This document shows positions 19,310 to 31,100 of a DNA stretch of 64,000 bases, in pieces. The translations under genes were made by a program, and so were the position numbers. The stretch lies in contig JBPOGF010000010.1 in assembly GCA_051251915.1 (NCBI GenBank), forward strand, positions 64,001 to 128,000, in the 5' to 3' direction. The notes under the pieces were generated by a model. It was given only the letters and a program-made list of their open reading frames with translations, did not search any database and was not told where the DNA came from. Every line of letters starts with the position of its first letter. Within the stretch, counting starts at the first letter, position 1. The DNA is from Akkermansiaceae bacterium (lineage in GTDB: Bacteria; Verrucomicrobiota; Verrucomicrobiia; Verrucomicrobiales; Akkermansiaceae).

Positions 19310-20566
19310 GTGATCACTATGAAAAAAATGTTACTGAGATTAATAACACTGTCTGTTTTATCAACGTTGTCTGCCTTTGCACAAGGGGCGAATGATGCTG
19401 TTATGTTAGAAGGTCAAAAAATCACGCTGAAGGGTAAGGTGATGGATGCTGATGGTAATTGGCTTAATGATGTTGATGTTTGGATGAAGCAGGCGGGTGT
19501 TAAGGTTATTAGCGATCCGAATGGAGATTTTACGGTTGAATTTTTGTGGAGTGATAAGCTCAAACCGAATGCTCGTGGAATTATAGCGACGTTGAGATTT
19601 CAGAAAGAAGGGCATCTTGATAAGATTGTGCGAATTAAGTCGAAAGAGTTTTTCTCTAAGCCTAAACTTTTAAAGGTTAAGCTTCTGCCTAAACCGATAG
19701 AAAAAGATATAGTAGGTTTTACAGCCCAGATGACGACGACCAACGGGATGGGTAAGAAAGCGACAGGTAACGCTGAATTTCATGTTTATATCCCTGAGTC
19801 TGTGGATAAGGTGAGGGCTGCATTTTATCTATCGCGTCATGGCATGGGGAATATAACGCACCCTATCTTACAGAAGTTTGCACTGGAGGAGAAAGTTGCA
19901 CTTGTGGCGATGTATGGGGATCCGGTGCAGCGCGGTCTTACGGATGTGAGCTTGATTGATGAGCATGTGAAAAAACTTGCTGAGTTATCGGGACACCCAG
20001 AGCTCGTGGATGCTCCAATACTTACTTTTGGGCACTCTAATGGGACTGGGTTTGCTGCTTGTTGGCCTGCTCAGCGACCGGAAAAATCTCTTGGTTGGAT
20101 TTCTTTTCACCCTGGATTTAATGCTTATTTACAATTTCCGAATACCGAAAAAATCCCTTCTATGGTTATGCTAGGGACAGTGGATAAATATTTTCTCAAT
20201 GGTCGACAGGATGAGACTGTAAAGGAGATGCGTAAAACGCGTGATGCAGCTATGAATACTATGCTGGAGGCTGGTGTCGGGCATGGTCCGGTGGATCCAG
20301 ATATCGTTTGGGAATTTGTTGTGGAATTTTGTAAAGCGGCAATGCGTGCGCGACTAGGTGATGATGGGAAGCTTAAGCTTATTAAGATTGAAGCTGGTTG
20401 GATGGGAACTAGTTACGATGTTGAGGTTGGGGGTAGGCAGCTTCTGGAGGTTGCTCCATATGCTGAATTTAAGGGAAACAAATCAACGGCAAATTGGCTA
20501 ATGGATGAGCAGTTTGCTAAGGTATGGCAAGCGTATGGATGGACGGATCATCTTAAAAAGAAGTAA
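19310..20566 (+). CDS. Secreted protein with carboxypeptidase-regulatory-like N-domain and alpha/beta-hydrolase-like C-domain
   Basis: LKGKVMDADG...SDPNGDF; nucleophile elbow GHSNG; later D and GH candidate triad residues. Confidence 0.65.
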   Translation: MITMKKMLLRLITLSVLSTLSAFAQGANDAVMLEGQKITLKGKVMDADGNWLNDVDVWMKQAGVKVISDPNGDFTVEFLWSDKLKPNARGIIATLRFQKEGHLDKIVRIKSKEFFSKPKLLKVKLLPKPIEKDIVGFTAQMTTTNGMGKKATGNAEFHVYIPESVDKVRAAFYLSRHGMGNITHPILQKFALEEKVALVAMYGDPVQRGLTDVSLIDEHVKKLAELSGHPELVDAPILTFGHSNGTGFAACWPAQRPEKSLGWISFHPGFNAYLQFPNTEKIPSMVMLGTVDKYFLNGRQDETVKEMRKTRDAAMNTMLEAGVGHGPVDPDIVWEFVVEFCKAAMRARLGDDGKLKLIKIEAGWMGTSYDVEVGGRQLLEVAPYAEFKGNKSTANWLMDEQFAKVWQAYGWTDHLKKK

Positions 20567-20584
20567 ACACCTAACATTTAAAAA

Positions 20585-22066
20585 ATGAATCAAAGTCAAC
20601 GAATCTATTTGCACCTTATCCGCGTCGTACTTTGTTGTATCGGCTTTATGACCAGTTGTTGTGCTGGCTCAGAGAGAGAGGAGTCTCAAGTATTTAAGGT
20701 TAGTGATTTTGGAGCAGTTGGTGATGGGGCGACTCTTAATACAAGAGCAATTCAGAAGGCGATAGATCAATGTTCTGAAGCTGGGGGAGGTAAGGTTTGG
20801 GTGCCAGCAGGACGCTTTGTTATTGGGACGGTACAGCTTAAAAGCAATGTGACTCTATCACTTGATCATGGAGCAGAGTTGTTAGGCAGCCAGGAGATGA
20901 AGGACTACCCTGTTGATAAGTTGCGGCCCGCGCGTGAGGGCCAATCACAGTGCCTGCTTTATGCGGAGGACGCAACTAATATCCGGCTGGAAGGTCTAGG
21001 GGTGATTGACGGACGTGGTAGTCCGGAACATTTTCCGCGTCGGGCGGGACCTCGAGGTAGAGATAATCGTCCGAGGTTAATTCGTTTTGAGAATTGTGAT
21101 AACCTGGTTTTTTCGGGTCTAACTTATAAGAATCCTGCATTTTGGGGGATTCATTTGGTGGACTGTAGGGTGGTGCACTTTACTGCGGTTAAGGTGCGCA
21201 TGCGGAATAATAATTATAATAATGATGGGCTTGATATCGATGGTTGCGAGGATGTGCTTATTGAGGACTGCGATATCATTGCTGGTGATGATGGGATATG
21301 CTTGAAGAGTTCGCGACAGCCATGTCGGAATATCGTGGTTCGCAACTGCAAGGTTAGTAGTAATACGGCAGCACTGAAATTAGGGACATCCTCTTATGGT
21401 GGATTTATAGATATCAATGTCAGTAACTGTTATTTTTATGATTGTCCGATGGGCGCGATCAAGTTGCAGTCTGTTGATGGGGGGCGTCTGGAGAATGTGA
21501 CGATTTCTCGGATTGTTATGGAGGAAGTTGGCGCACCTATTTTTATCCGTCTCGGGAACCGTGGTCGTGGCTACACGAAAAATACTAAAACTGGTTCTAA
21601 CCAGGGGCAGGCTGTAAAGCCGGAGGGCGCTGGTGTGGGTATCATTAAGAATATTCGGATCAGTGATGTGGTGGCTAAGGTGACCATTGAGGATCGTGAG
21701 AAGGCTGCGAACGCTCATTACAAGAAGCTAAAGGTCGATGTTTCAGCAGGGGTTACTGACAAGGAAAAGGCTAAGGCTGGTCCTATCATGATTACAGGTA
21801 TCCCTGGGCATTACGTTGAAGATGTTATTTTTGAGAATATAGTTATTTCTTATCCTGGACACGGAACTGAAGCCGATGCTAAGCGCAAGGTGCCTGAAGA
21901 TGTTGCACGCTACCCTGAGCAGTATTTTTTTGGTGTGTTGCCTGCTTGGGGCGGGTACATTAGACATGCAAAAAACGTGCAATTTAAAAATGTGACGATG
22001 ACGTCCCTAGCTAAAGACGCGCGAGAAAAAATTGTGCTTGATGATGTAGAGGGCTTTGTTGATTAA
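20585..22066 (+). CDS. GH28-like (pectin-lyase-fold) glycoside hydrolase
   Basis: [36 protein letters not shown]. Confidence 0.85.
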   Translation: MNQSQRIYLHLIRVVLCCIGFMTSCCAGSEREESQVFKVSDFGAVGDGATLNTRAIQKAIDQCSEAGGGKVWVPAGRFVIGTVQLKSNVTLSLDHGAELLGSQEMKDYPVDKLRPAREGQSQCLLYAEDATNIRLEGLGVIDGRGSPEHFPRRAGPRGRDNRPRLIRFENCDNLVFSGLTYKNPAFWGIHLVDCRVVHFTAVKVRMRNNNYNNDGLDIDGCEDVLIEDCDIIAGDDGICLKSSRQPCRNIVVRNCKVSSNTAALKLGTSSYGGFIDINVSNCYFYDCPMGAIKLQSVDGGRLENVTISRIVMEEVGAPIFIRLGNRGRGYTKNTKTGSNQGQAVKPEGAGVGIIKNIRISDVVAKVTIEDREKAANAHYKKLKVDVSAGVTDKEKAKAGPIMITGIPGHYVEDVIFENIVISYPGHGTEADAKRKVPEDVARYPEQYFFGVLPAWGGYIRHAKNVQFKNVTMTSLAKDAREKIVLDDVEGFVD

Positions 22067-22116
22067 TATGGGGGAAATTAATAAGGCAAAAAGTAAACTT
22101 AAAATATAATACAAAA

Positions 22117-23610
22117 ATGAAAGCGCTAGTTCCAATAATTACGAGCCTAGGACTAATGGGGCCTTTGCTAGGCTCTGATAAACCCAATGTGGTTATTTTG
22201 TATGCGGATGATATGGGGGTGGCTGATGTTTCCTATGGTGATGTTGAGGCGAAGATTCAGACTCCTAATATTGATCGTCTAGCTAGCGAGGGTATGAGGT
22301 TTAGTGATGGACATAGTTCGTCAGGGGTTTGCACGCCGAGTCGTTTTGCAATGCTAACTGGGCAACACCATTGGCGTCGTTTCCACGGGATTGTGAATGC
22401 ATTTGGGAAATCGGTTTTTAAAAAAAACGAGTATACCATCGCGCGGATGTTTAAGAAGCAGGGGTATAAAACAGGCTGTTTTGGTAAGTGGCATCTTGGT
22501 TGGGATTGGGATGCGATTCGTAAGGAAGGTGTGGCGAAGAAAGACATGGCTCTAGCCTCGTCTTACGACTGGACTATGCCATTTCCTGGTGGCCCGATTG
22601 ATCAGGGGTTTGATTATTACTTTGGTGACGGAACGATTAACTTTCCTCCTTACTGCTGGATTGAGAATGATAAATTTGTGACGACCCCTACTAAAAGAGT
22701 AATCAAGTCCAAGCCGCTAGCGGGTGGTGGTAGTTTTAGACCTGGACCAATGGCAGAGGGCTGGAATCCTTATGACATTTTGCCAACAGTGACTAAGAAG
22801 GCAGTCGAGTGGATAGAGGAGCAGGATAAGGATCAGCCATTTTTCGTCTACTTAGCTTTTAACTCACCTCACTATCCTATTGTACCTAACAAGGAATTTC
22901 ATGGGAAGTCTAGGGCCGGTTTTTATGGAGACTTTATGATCGAGACGGATGCTATGGTGGGCAAGGTGATGAATGCACTGGAGAAGAAAGGAGTGGCAGA
23001 CAATACCATTGTTATTTTCACGGCAGATAATGGAGCTGAGACACTAGGCTATGATCGTCTAGAGAAATTTGATCACTGGAGCTCTGGAGACTATCGTGGA
23101 TTAAAGCGTGATATTTATGAAGGTGGACATCGTGTTCCATTCGTGGTGCGCTGGCCAGATATAATCAAGGCTGGATCACAATCAGATGAGGTGGTGAGTC
23201 AGGTGGATTTGGCTGCAACGTTTGCAGAGATCATTGGTGAGCCATTGAATAATGAAGAGGCGATCGATAGCTATAACCTACTCCCTGTATGGAAAGGCAA
23301 AGAATACAAAAAGCCGCTCCGCACTGCCACTGTCCAGAATACCAAGAAAGGAAAATACGCACTCCGCCAAGGTGACTGGGTCTATATCAATGACTCTAAA
23401 GGAAACTCACAAGGCGAGAGTAAGGCATTTTTGAAGAAGTTTGGCTTAAGTACATTCCCTAAAGAGGCAGCAGGGTTGCTTTTCAATCTTAAAGAGGATC
23501 CAAGACAATCTAAAAACCTCTACGCTGAGCAACCCGAAAAGGTGAAAGCAATGAGTGAGCTTTTGAAGAAGTATGTCGATGGGGAACGCTGTGCTCCTGA
23601 GAGAAAATAA
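22117..23610 (+). CDS. Secreted arylsulfatase-family sulfatase
   Basis: [33 protein letters not shown]. Confidence 0.95.
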   Translation: MKALVPIITSLGLMGPLLGSDKPNVVILYADDMGVADVSYGDVEAKIQTPNIDRLASEGMRFSDGHSSSGVCTPSRFAMLTGQHHWRRFHGIVNAFGKSVFKKNEYTIARMFKKQGYKTGCFGKWHLGWDWDAIRKEGVAKKDMALASSYDWTMPFPGGPIDQGFDYYFGDGTINFPPYCWIENDKFVTTPTKRVIKSKPLAGGGSFRPGPMAEGWNPYDILPTVTKKAVEWIEEQDKDQPFFVYLAFNSPHYPIVPNKEFHGKSRAGFYGDFMIETDAMVGKVMNALEKKGVADNTIVIFTADNGAETLGYDRLEKFDHWSSGDYRGLKRDIYEGGHRVPFVVRWPDIIKAGSQSDEVVSQVDLAATFAEIIGEPLNNEEAIDSYNLLPVWKGKEYKKPLRTATVQNTKKGKYALRQGDWVYINDSKGNSQGESKAFLKKFGLSTFPKEAAGLLFNLKEDPRQSKNLYAEQPEKVKAMSELLKKYVDGERCAPERK

Positions 23611-23729
23611 CTCATGTCTTACCACAAGCTACTTTCTGAAGCGATAGATTCACTGAATGCTCCATTTAAAGATGAGATAAAGTTAGACAATAGTGTGCGT
23701 GAGAAAAGAAAACAAGAACAACCAACACT

Positions 23730-25193
23730 ATGAAATATACTTTACTGAGCCTCTACCTAGGAACTGTTGCGGTTCTGCTCCCGACTCAACTCAAAGCAGA
23801 AGAAGAGAAGCCTAACATTATCGTCATTATGGCCGATGACCTGGGTTATAATGATCTAGGTAGCTATGGCTGCAAAGACATCCCAACACCCCATCTGGAT
23901 AAACTGGCGGAAGATGGTGTTCGTTTTACATCTGGGTATGTGACTTGGCCGATGTGTGGACCTTCGCGTGCTGGTTTTCTAACAGGAAAGCATCAGTCCA
24001 AGTTCGGATACTACAAAAATGTCTCAGCACCCTTTGATCCTAATCAGGGTCTGCCGAAGATGGAGACAATTGCTAGCCTCTTGAAGAAACAGGGTTACGT
24101 GACTGGAGGCGTCGGTAAATGGCACATGGGAACCACCGATGACCAGCACCCAAACTCGATGGGGTTTGATGACTGGTTCGGTTTTCTCGGTGGTGGTCTG
24201 ATGTATTTCCCGCTCGACCATCCATCGTATAAGGGGCGCTTCACCCCCATCAAGCGACCTCTGAATATGAAGTACATGCAGCACACCCTGCCTTTAATTC
24301 ATAATCGCACACCAGTGAAATGGGAGCATTATCTCACACGTGAACTGACTGATGCCGGGGTTCGCTTTCTGGAGAAGAATAAGGAAAAGCCGTTCTTCCT
24401 CTTTATGTCCTACAATGCACCGCATCTCGACCTGGAAGCACCAGAAGAAACAATCGCTAAATTTCCTGCGGAAAAAATGTCTAAAGTCCCTGGCGTAAAA
24501 CCGCAAGCCCGCTCTGTTTATGCAGCCATGGTTTATGAAATGGATCAGGGGATCGGACAACTGCTGGCTAAAGTCAATGAACTCGGACTCGATGATAACA
24601 CCGTGGTGTGGTTTCTCAGTGACAATGGAGGGATGAAGGCTACGAGTGACAACCGACCGCTTAGAGGCACCAAGGGAAATACTTATGAGGGTGGTTTACG
24701 TGTGCCGATGATTGTGAAATGGCCTGGCAAAACCTCGCAAGGAGTTGTGCTCGAGGACATGGTCACCTCGCTCGATATTGGTGCAACTTCGATCGCAATG
24801 GCCGGCGGCGATCCTGAAAAAGCTGGACTACACGGAAAAGACATTCGTCCTTACATGACCCAGCAGTCGACCGAAGCTCCGCATGATGTGTTGTTTTGGC
24901 ACACTGGTCGCAATGCTAATACATCTGGAGTGATCCGTGATGGGGATTTTAAGCTGATCAGTGGAGGTAGGGGGAATCCGGAGTTGTATAACCTGAAGGA
25001 CGATCTCGGGGAGACAAAGAATTTAGCAGATCAATTTCCTGAAAAAGTCCAATCAATGCGCGCGCGTTGGCTGGAGTGGAATAAGGACATGAAACCGCCA
25101 CTATGGGAAGGCGGAGAAAATATCCAATATGAGGATTACGACTGGCTCATAGGAAGCCCGCATTATAAGAAAAAATCGGAAGATAAAAATTAG
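23730..25193 (+). CDS. Secreted sulfatase
   Basis: PNIIVIMADDLGY, CGPSR, GKWHMG, SDNGG. Confidence 0.95.
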   Translation: MKYTLLSLYLGTVAVLLPTQLKAEEEKPNIIVIMADDLGYNDLGSYGCKDIPTPHLDKLAEDGVRFTSGYVTWPMCGPSRAGFLTGKHQSKFGYYKNVSAPFDPNQGLPKMETIASLLKKQGYVTGGVGKWHMGTTDDQHPNSMGFDDWFGFLGGGLMYFPLDHPSYKGRFTPIKRPLNMKYMQHTLPLIHNRTPVKWEHYLTRELTDAGVRFLEKNKEKPFFLFMSYNAPHLDLEAPEETIAKFPAEKMSKVPGVKPQARSVYAAMVYEMDQGIGQLLAKVNELGLDDNTVVWFLSDNGGMKATSDNRPLRGTKGNTYEGGLRVPMIVKWPGKTSQGVVLEDMVTSLDIGATSIAMAGGDPEKAGLHGKDIRPYMTQQSTEAPHDVLFWHTGRNANTSGVIRDGDFKLISGGRGNPELYNLKDDLGETKNLADQFPEKVQSMRARWLEWNKDMKPPLWEGGENIQYEDYDWLIGSPHYKKKSEDKN

Positions 25194-25220
25194 ACTATCA
25201 TCTGAGTTTTATCGCTGAGG

Positions 25221-25886
25221 CTATTTATCTGTGGGTAAAATGCCGGTTTCGTATGCTTTAGCGACGGCAGAGGGTGCATTCACGACATGGAGTTTTTCGA
25301 AGATATGACCAATATGATTATCAACTGTCTTAATGCTGATTTGGAGCTTGTCGCCAATTTCTTTTCTGGCACTGCCTTCGGCTATCAGTAACAGAACTTC
25401 CATTTCCCGCTCCGTAAGCTCTGAATCAGCCTCGCTGGTGGCTTCTCTACTCTTAAATGAGTTGAGGATATATTTGGCCATTTTCGGATCGAGCGGAGAG
25501 CCTCCTGCCATGACGTTATGGATTCCCGATCTTATATCCTGAATAGAAGCAGATTTTAGTAGGTATCCGACAGCTCCTTGTTTAATGGCACGTAGGATAT
25601 CAGCTTCTTTTTCGGACTGGGTAAGGACTATTATCTTAGAACTTGGACTTTGTTTGGTGAGTTCTGGCAGCGCATCTATTCCAGAAATACCCGGCAGATT
25701 TAGGTCAAGCAAAACGACATCAGGCACTACCTTGTTCCGCGGATTTTGAAAACTGCGCAAGGCTTGTTCGGCCGTAGCGAATTGACTATTAAGTTCCAGC
25801 TTTAGATCGTTGCGGAAAGCGAATTTGATGACATACCGATACTCGGGGTCATCTTCCACCAACATGATTTTGATTTTTGTTTTCAT
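25221..25886 (-). CDS. NarL/LuxR-family response regulator 2
   Basis: MKTKIKIMLVEDD start; LLDLNLP; LTEREMEVL HTH. Confidence 0.95.
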   Translation of the reverse strand: MKTKIKIMLVEDDPEYRYVIKFAFRNDLKLELNSQFATAEQALRSFQNPRNKVVPDVVLLDLNLPGISGIDALPELTKQSPSSKIIVLTQSEKEADILRAIKQGAVGYLLKSASIQDIRSGIHNVMAGGSPLDPKMAKYILNSFKSREATSEADSELTEREMEVLLLIAEGSARKEIGDKLQISIKTVDNHIGHIFEKLHVVNAPSAVAKAYETGILPTDK

Positions 25887-25894
25887 TGAAATTT

Positions 25895-27898
25895 TTACTT
25901 GGATGACTGGGTATTTAGTCCCCTGCGAGGGCGTAGTATCAAGGTAATGCATGTTCCTCCACCGTCGGCAGGAGCAAAGGAAACCTCAGCGCGCAAGAGT
26001 TTGGCACGACGCGCAAGTGATGGCGGTAATTTAGCCTCATCGGAGTCTTGTATGCCGGATCCATTGTCACTGATGCGTAGGTGAATCTGCTGAGGATCAG
26101 CTTTGAGTTGAATTTCTACCGCAGTGGCATCTGCATGGCGGTTGATATTAATTAAACATTCCTTAAAAAATAGGAATAAATCAGATCGAGATCGAGCTTT
26201 CAGGGATTGGATAAACTCCCCGCCTTCAACTGTGAAGGTGTATTCAAGATTAGCAATCAGCCTACGGGCATTTCTCTGCAGGTCGCTCAAGAGGTCTTCA
26301 TGGACTTCCTCAGCAGTTTGTAATGCGGAAAAATAGCGAGTCGTCGTACTGGCGCGTTTGCTCAGTGCGGTAATCTCATCCACCGTTATGCCAAGTTCTT
26401 CTGGTGAATCCAGCACGTCCTTAGCGTGTGAACCCAATAAACCAATCGCGTGGAGGCTAGCTCCTAGTTCATCATGCAAGTCAGCAGCGAAGCGTTCTTT
26501 CATCCGCCCCACTTGACGCATGCGACTCATGCGAGTGATCAGGATAGTAAAAAGGATCCCTGCACCGAGCAAGACGGTCAACCATACAAGGCGCCGCACT
26601 GTCGACTGTTGCTTAATATAGCGTTGCTGAAGCTGGGCGGTAATGAGAGGGAGTTCCCTTTCTAGAACCTCACGACGAGCCAGTTTGTCCATCCATTCGC
26701 GAATGGGCAGTATATTTCCATAGAAATTACGGCCGTCCGTCAGGGCAACGAGTGGGCTGTCCTTGATTGCGTGCTTAAAGTTACCAACTACTGTTTTACC
26801 CAAGGCAACGTTGCGACCTTCGGCGAAGAGTTCGATTTCTGCGAACCCCATTCGCGCTCTCTTCCTTATACCATCGTCGAAGATATAGGGTTCAAGAGCC
26901 GTCAGGCGCACGTAACGGCACTGCCTCGCGGGCACGATGTTCCAGCTTAGGATCGGGCTGATGTCATAGAGAGTTTTGTAACGAGCATCCAATAACAAGA
27001 AGGCATCGGAAAAGTCTGCTCGCGTGGCTCCTTCGACCTGCAGATGTCTTGGTATACCGACATCTCCGGAAATGGAATGGGGAACGGTGTCACTTTGTTC
27101 GATCGCGTGTAGGCTAATCCCAGATAAATCGTGTACTTCATTCAGGTCGATGGTCAGGGAGGGCGTTTTATAAGCATTTTCGCCAATATAAGTGGATCTG
27201 ATATAGGCCACGCTTTTCTGCCCCATCGTTGAATTCATGAGATACGGTACTGCTCCATCAGTCAGGTACGACAACTTCCAAGAATTGATCGGAACTCGAT
27301 CTGGCTGCGGCCCTCTCACTGGGCGTCGTAAGGCATAGTTTTTTGATCCGCTAAATACTAATAGTTCGGACAGCTGTAGTGCGTATTTGCCGTCGTAACG
27401 TCGTGAAGAAAGACGGGTGGCTTCGACCCTCACCCAAGAGGCAACCTTTCCGGAGCAAGGGACCAGAAGCGGTGCGATGCGCGGCGATAGCTGATCCTGT
27501 TCTGAGAACGAGGCAATCACCTTGCCTGCTTTATCATCCTTTGTTCCAGCCAGGATACGAAACGCTATCGGGAAACCCTCGCTTTGGATGCCTGTTGCCG
27601 AGCGAGCGAGCGTAGGTACTAGAACTATTTCATCGATAGAGATCTCCTGACCCAAATCCACTTCGACCCATTCGCTGCGGTTAGCGTCCTTTGTCTGAGA
27701 TGAGCGATAGCCGTTGGACCCTACTTCTTCGCGCAGGGTGAAGTTGGCTAAATGCTTCAGTTCAGCTTCCATAGCATCCCGTTTCTCTTCCAACTGTGAA
27801 ATGGATTGTTGGTCAAGCGAAATGGCAGAGTTGCCACGGGATGGAACGAGGGTGATGGCTAGCAAGAAAAGAATCTGAATGATCAATAGTAGGTTCAT
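25895..27898 (-). CDS. Sensor histidine kinase 2 (paralog of 11679 and 46463)
   Basis: Signal peptide from MNLLLIIQ; EWVEVDLG discoidin-like repeats; TM; DLHDELGASLHAI; KECLININRHA; DNGSG. Confidence 0.9.
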   Translation of the reverse strand: MNLLLIIQILFLLAITLVPSRGNSAISLDQQSISQLEEKRDAMEAELKHLANFTLREEVGSNGYRSSQTKDANRSEWVEVDLGQEISIDEIVLVPTLARSATGIQSEGFPIAFRILAGTKDDKAGKVIASFSEQDQLSPRIAPLLVPCSGKVASWVRVEATRLSSRRYDGKYALQLSELLVFSGSKNYALRRPVRGPQPDRVPINSWKLSYLTDGAVPYLMNSTMGQKSVAYIRSTYIGENAYKTPSLTIDLNEVHDLSGISLHAIEQSDTVPHSISGDVGIPRHLQVEGATRADFSDAFLLLDARYKTLYDISPILSWNIVPARQCRYVRLTALEPYIFDDGIRKRARMGFAEIELFAEGRNVALGKTVVGNFKHAIKDSPLVALTDGRNFYGNILPIREWMDKLARREVLERELPLITAQLQQRYIKQQSTVRRLVWLTVLLGAGILFTILITRMSRMRQVGRMKERFAADLHDELGASLHAIGLLGSHAKDVLDSPEELGITVDEITALSKRASTTTRYFSALQTAEEVHEDLLSDLQRNARRLIANLEYTFTVEGGEFIQSLKARSRSDLFLFFKECLININRHADATAVEIQLKADPQQIHLRISDNGSGIQDSDEAKLPPSLARRAKLLRAEVSFAPADGGGTCITLILRPRRGLNTQSSK

Positions 27899-27916
27899 GC
27901 TTTTGCATGATTGTCT

Positions 27917-28115
27917 ATAGGAAGACAGAATTACAAGCGGATTTTTCAACCTCGTATGCCATGACTCCGGGTTGGAGCTCATAAAATGGAAATATAGAAA
28001 TGGAGTAAAACACCCATAGACGAGATTTTAAAACCTGATAAATTTACAATGTAACTCCAAATGATGTAGAGAAAATTTTGTGAGGTGAAATAAAACCAAT
28101 CTATAAAATGAAAAC
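27917..28115 (+). repeat. ~200-bp diverged promoter duplication, copy A (copy B at 32711-32909)
   Basis: Collinear shared blocks ACAGAATTACAAGCGG, CCATGACTCCGG.TTGGAGCT, ATGGAG.AAAAC.CCCATAGACGAGATTT, GTGAGGTGAAA, AATGAAAAC. Confidence 0.9.
28001..28044 (+). promoter_or_regulatory. Operator plus promoter of pilin-like gene 2
   Basis: TGGAGTA-AA-ACACCCA, then TAGACG-N16-TAAATT with an extended TGn. Confidence 0.55.
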
Positions 28116-31100
28116 AACGAAACAACCCAAACGCTATATTTTAATATCTAAATACATGCAAATGTTTTTTCAGTATCCGCCAGTGACAGTAAAATCTGCA
28201 GAAACTACCTGCGTAGGCTTAGCTCAAAACCAAATCCGCAAGGTATCTAAACGATCAGGTTTTGCGCTCATTACTACAATTACTATAATGTCTTTATTGA
28301 TGCTTGTCTCTCTAGCTATGTTGTCGCTCTCTAATATAGAAGTAAGCTCTAACAGCATCGATAAAAACCAAGAAATCGCTGAAGCAAATGCGCGCATGGC
28401 GCTGATGCTAGCGCTTGGTGAGCTGCAAAAATCTGCGGGCCATGACCAGCGAGTCACAGCAACGGCGGATTTGACACTTCCCGTCTCTGGAGATGATAGC
28501 CGCCGAAATTGGGTGGGTGTATGGGATAGTAGCCTTTATGATCCATCTGGTTACGATATCGCAAATCCCACAAACAATAAAACCTTCCTCAAATGGCTAG
28601 TCTCTAGTCAAAACCAATCGTCCCTATCGCAGCAAGATGCCTCAGCGGTAGGTCTCAATAATCCTTTTGTCATTTTTGATGGTACGGTCGATGGCACACA
28701 GGAATCACATGATGTCGTGGTGGATGAGATTGAGATTATGGATGCCAGCGGAACACAGACCGGGTCCTACGCCTATTGGGTGGAAGACAATGGGGTGAAG
28801 GCGGATATTTCATGGAACGAGAGCCTTGATACACGAGATGAAATCGTTCAGGCAGCGAGGCTGAGTTCCTCACCGGGCGCTGATCCGCGAGTTTTTCAGG
28901 ATGCTTCCGCCCCTTATGACTTGGATGATAATGAAACACTAGACGTCTCTCTGGACTTCATTCAGAATCTGGACAAGACATTCAGTTTTAGCTCGCTTGC
29001 TCTTGCGGATAATAGTTCTGGAAGTTACCAAGATTGGCTCAAGAGATATCGCCACGATATTAGCGTAGGAAGTAAGGCAGTCTTGTCAGATACAAAGTTG
29101 GGCGGTCTCCAACGTGACCTCAGTCTGGCATTCGAAATGGACGGAGCCGCAGAGGCCGAGAGCGCTACGAAATTCAACGAACAGAGAGGAGAATTTGTTT
29201 CGAGTGGAAATTCGGAACGCTTGGATTCAACAGGCTCAGTGGGTGGTCTTCCTGTGTCGGCTCGGTATTTACACCGAGATACTCAAAGCTCTGGTGGTCC
29301 ATTCTCTGGTGATATTATCAATAGCAGTGGTGTTTTGCGTGGTCCTACATGGTGGTTACTTAGAGACTATGCGAACTTATACAAAAACGTTTCAGGAACC
29401 GAGGGGGATTATACACTTCAAGCACGTGCATACTACCCAAATAAACCGCAGGGAGAAGAGCTCAGCTCTAAGCTCAATCTTTTCAATGGAAATGCTCAGT
29501 TTGACTTGGAAGTGGATACTGGAAGTAATTCAAATGGAAAGTATATCAATAAGCCAGCAAAAGCGAATTATGCTCCTGTAAGCCTTGGAGGGACTGTTTT
29601 GTTAAGTACGAAGGCAGAGGGTTCAGAAGTTGTCCTTGCGATGGATATGCTTTTCTATCTATGGAATCCCTACAACCATAAAATTAGTTGTGATAATCTC
29701 GTGATGTCGATGGATGCTGCGCTGCCAGGTGCGATCTTCCTATGGAAGGACGATGGTTCAGGCAGTCCTACTTTATACGCTAAATCTTTGAATGAACTCA
29801 TTAAGAGTAATGTAAGCACGGACGATGTTTCCTTTCTTATAAAGAGCGAGACAAATGGTGCGATTGTTTTGGAACCTGGGGAAGTCGTTATCGCAACGCC
29901 GAGTACCACGCAAGGGCAATCAAACCTAGGGTTCACGCTCAGCAGTGATTCAGGAATAATTCTCCGGAATTTAGGCGACAGCGGCCCAATTACTGCGGCA
30001 AGTGGTGACAAGATTGGATTTCGTTATATAAATATCCTAGGAAATAGTGTCGGTGTGAGCACAGCTGGAATGCGTAATAGTTTTAATTTGTTCTTACCTA
30101 ATCGCGAATTGGACTTGTCTGATCTTTCATCAACCTCGAACTTCACGTCGGAACTTCAATATCTTCATTTTCCTTCGCACGCATTACAATCCAACAATAT
30201 AGATACTACCCCGCAAGAGTATTTCATGCCTGAAACGGAATCTAGTACTGCAAATAAAAGTGATCCAGTTAAGTGGGTAGATTTTGGAGACATTGGAAGT
30301 AGTAAAATCTTTTTCGGCTTGCTTACTTCGCTCACGAAACCTGCATTATGGGAAGGTGGAAACCCCAACCCAGTCGAAGTTTTCTCCAGATTTAATCCTA
30401 ATCCGATTGTAGTAAAGCGGGAGGGAAATAGAATTTGCCAATTGAATCAAGTCTACAACATGTTGTGTAGCGATAACGCAGACGATCTTCTGCTAAAGAA
30501 TGGCATAGAATACTCAAACTTGGTAAGGAACGCATACTGGGGGAGTTCTTACACTTCATTGGGATCCGAATTTGTGCCGCTCTCGACGATTCCAACCAGC
30601 CCGCTTCATTCATTGGCTTCACTTTCACATGCAAATGTGTCGACCATGGCTATGGACGCTTTCCACCCAATTGGAAATTCTTGGTCTTCTCCTTATGTGC
30701 CGACGAGTTCCGTTTATGGTAGAGTTCATAATGGAGGTAATGCTACCACTATATCGACGCAAGATTTATCATGGAATGTAAATGATGCGCTCTTTGACCG
30801 ATACTATTTTTCAGGTATTGCACCATATTATAGTATTTCTTCATCGGGTTATTCACTCGATTCTGGGGCGTCAGTAAGGCAGACTTTGAATGATTTCTTT
30901 GGTGAGGACTACCGGGATGCGAAGGCGAATCCAGCTCTTCAGCCTTATGTCTCCGTTGGGGAAAATGTAACAGATGTTGTGGATATTCTTGATCCTGATA
31001 CCTCAAGTAGTATGGGTGACGGCTATAGTAAGCTCGCTGCGTATGTAATGCTTGATGGAGCATTTAACATTAATTCGACTTCCGAGAAAGCTTGGGAAGC

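Noticed and set aside
23614..23733. Short ORF MSYHKLLSEAIDSL... filling the gap between two sulfatases
   Set aside because: No recognisable motif or homology; could be chance or an unidentifiable remnant.
27899..27982. Longer ORF-track starts for HK2, regulator 2, PEP-CTERM 3, the fucosidase and the SDR
   Set aside because: The extensions overlap promoters or neighbouring genes and bury signal peptides, so downstream ATGs were used.
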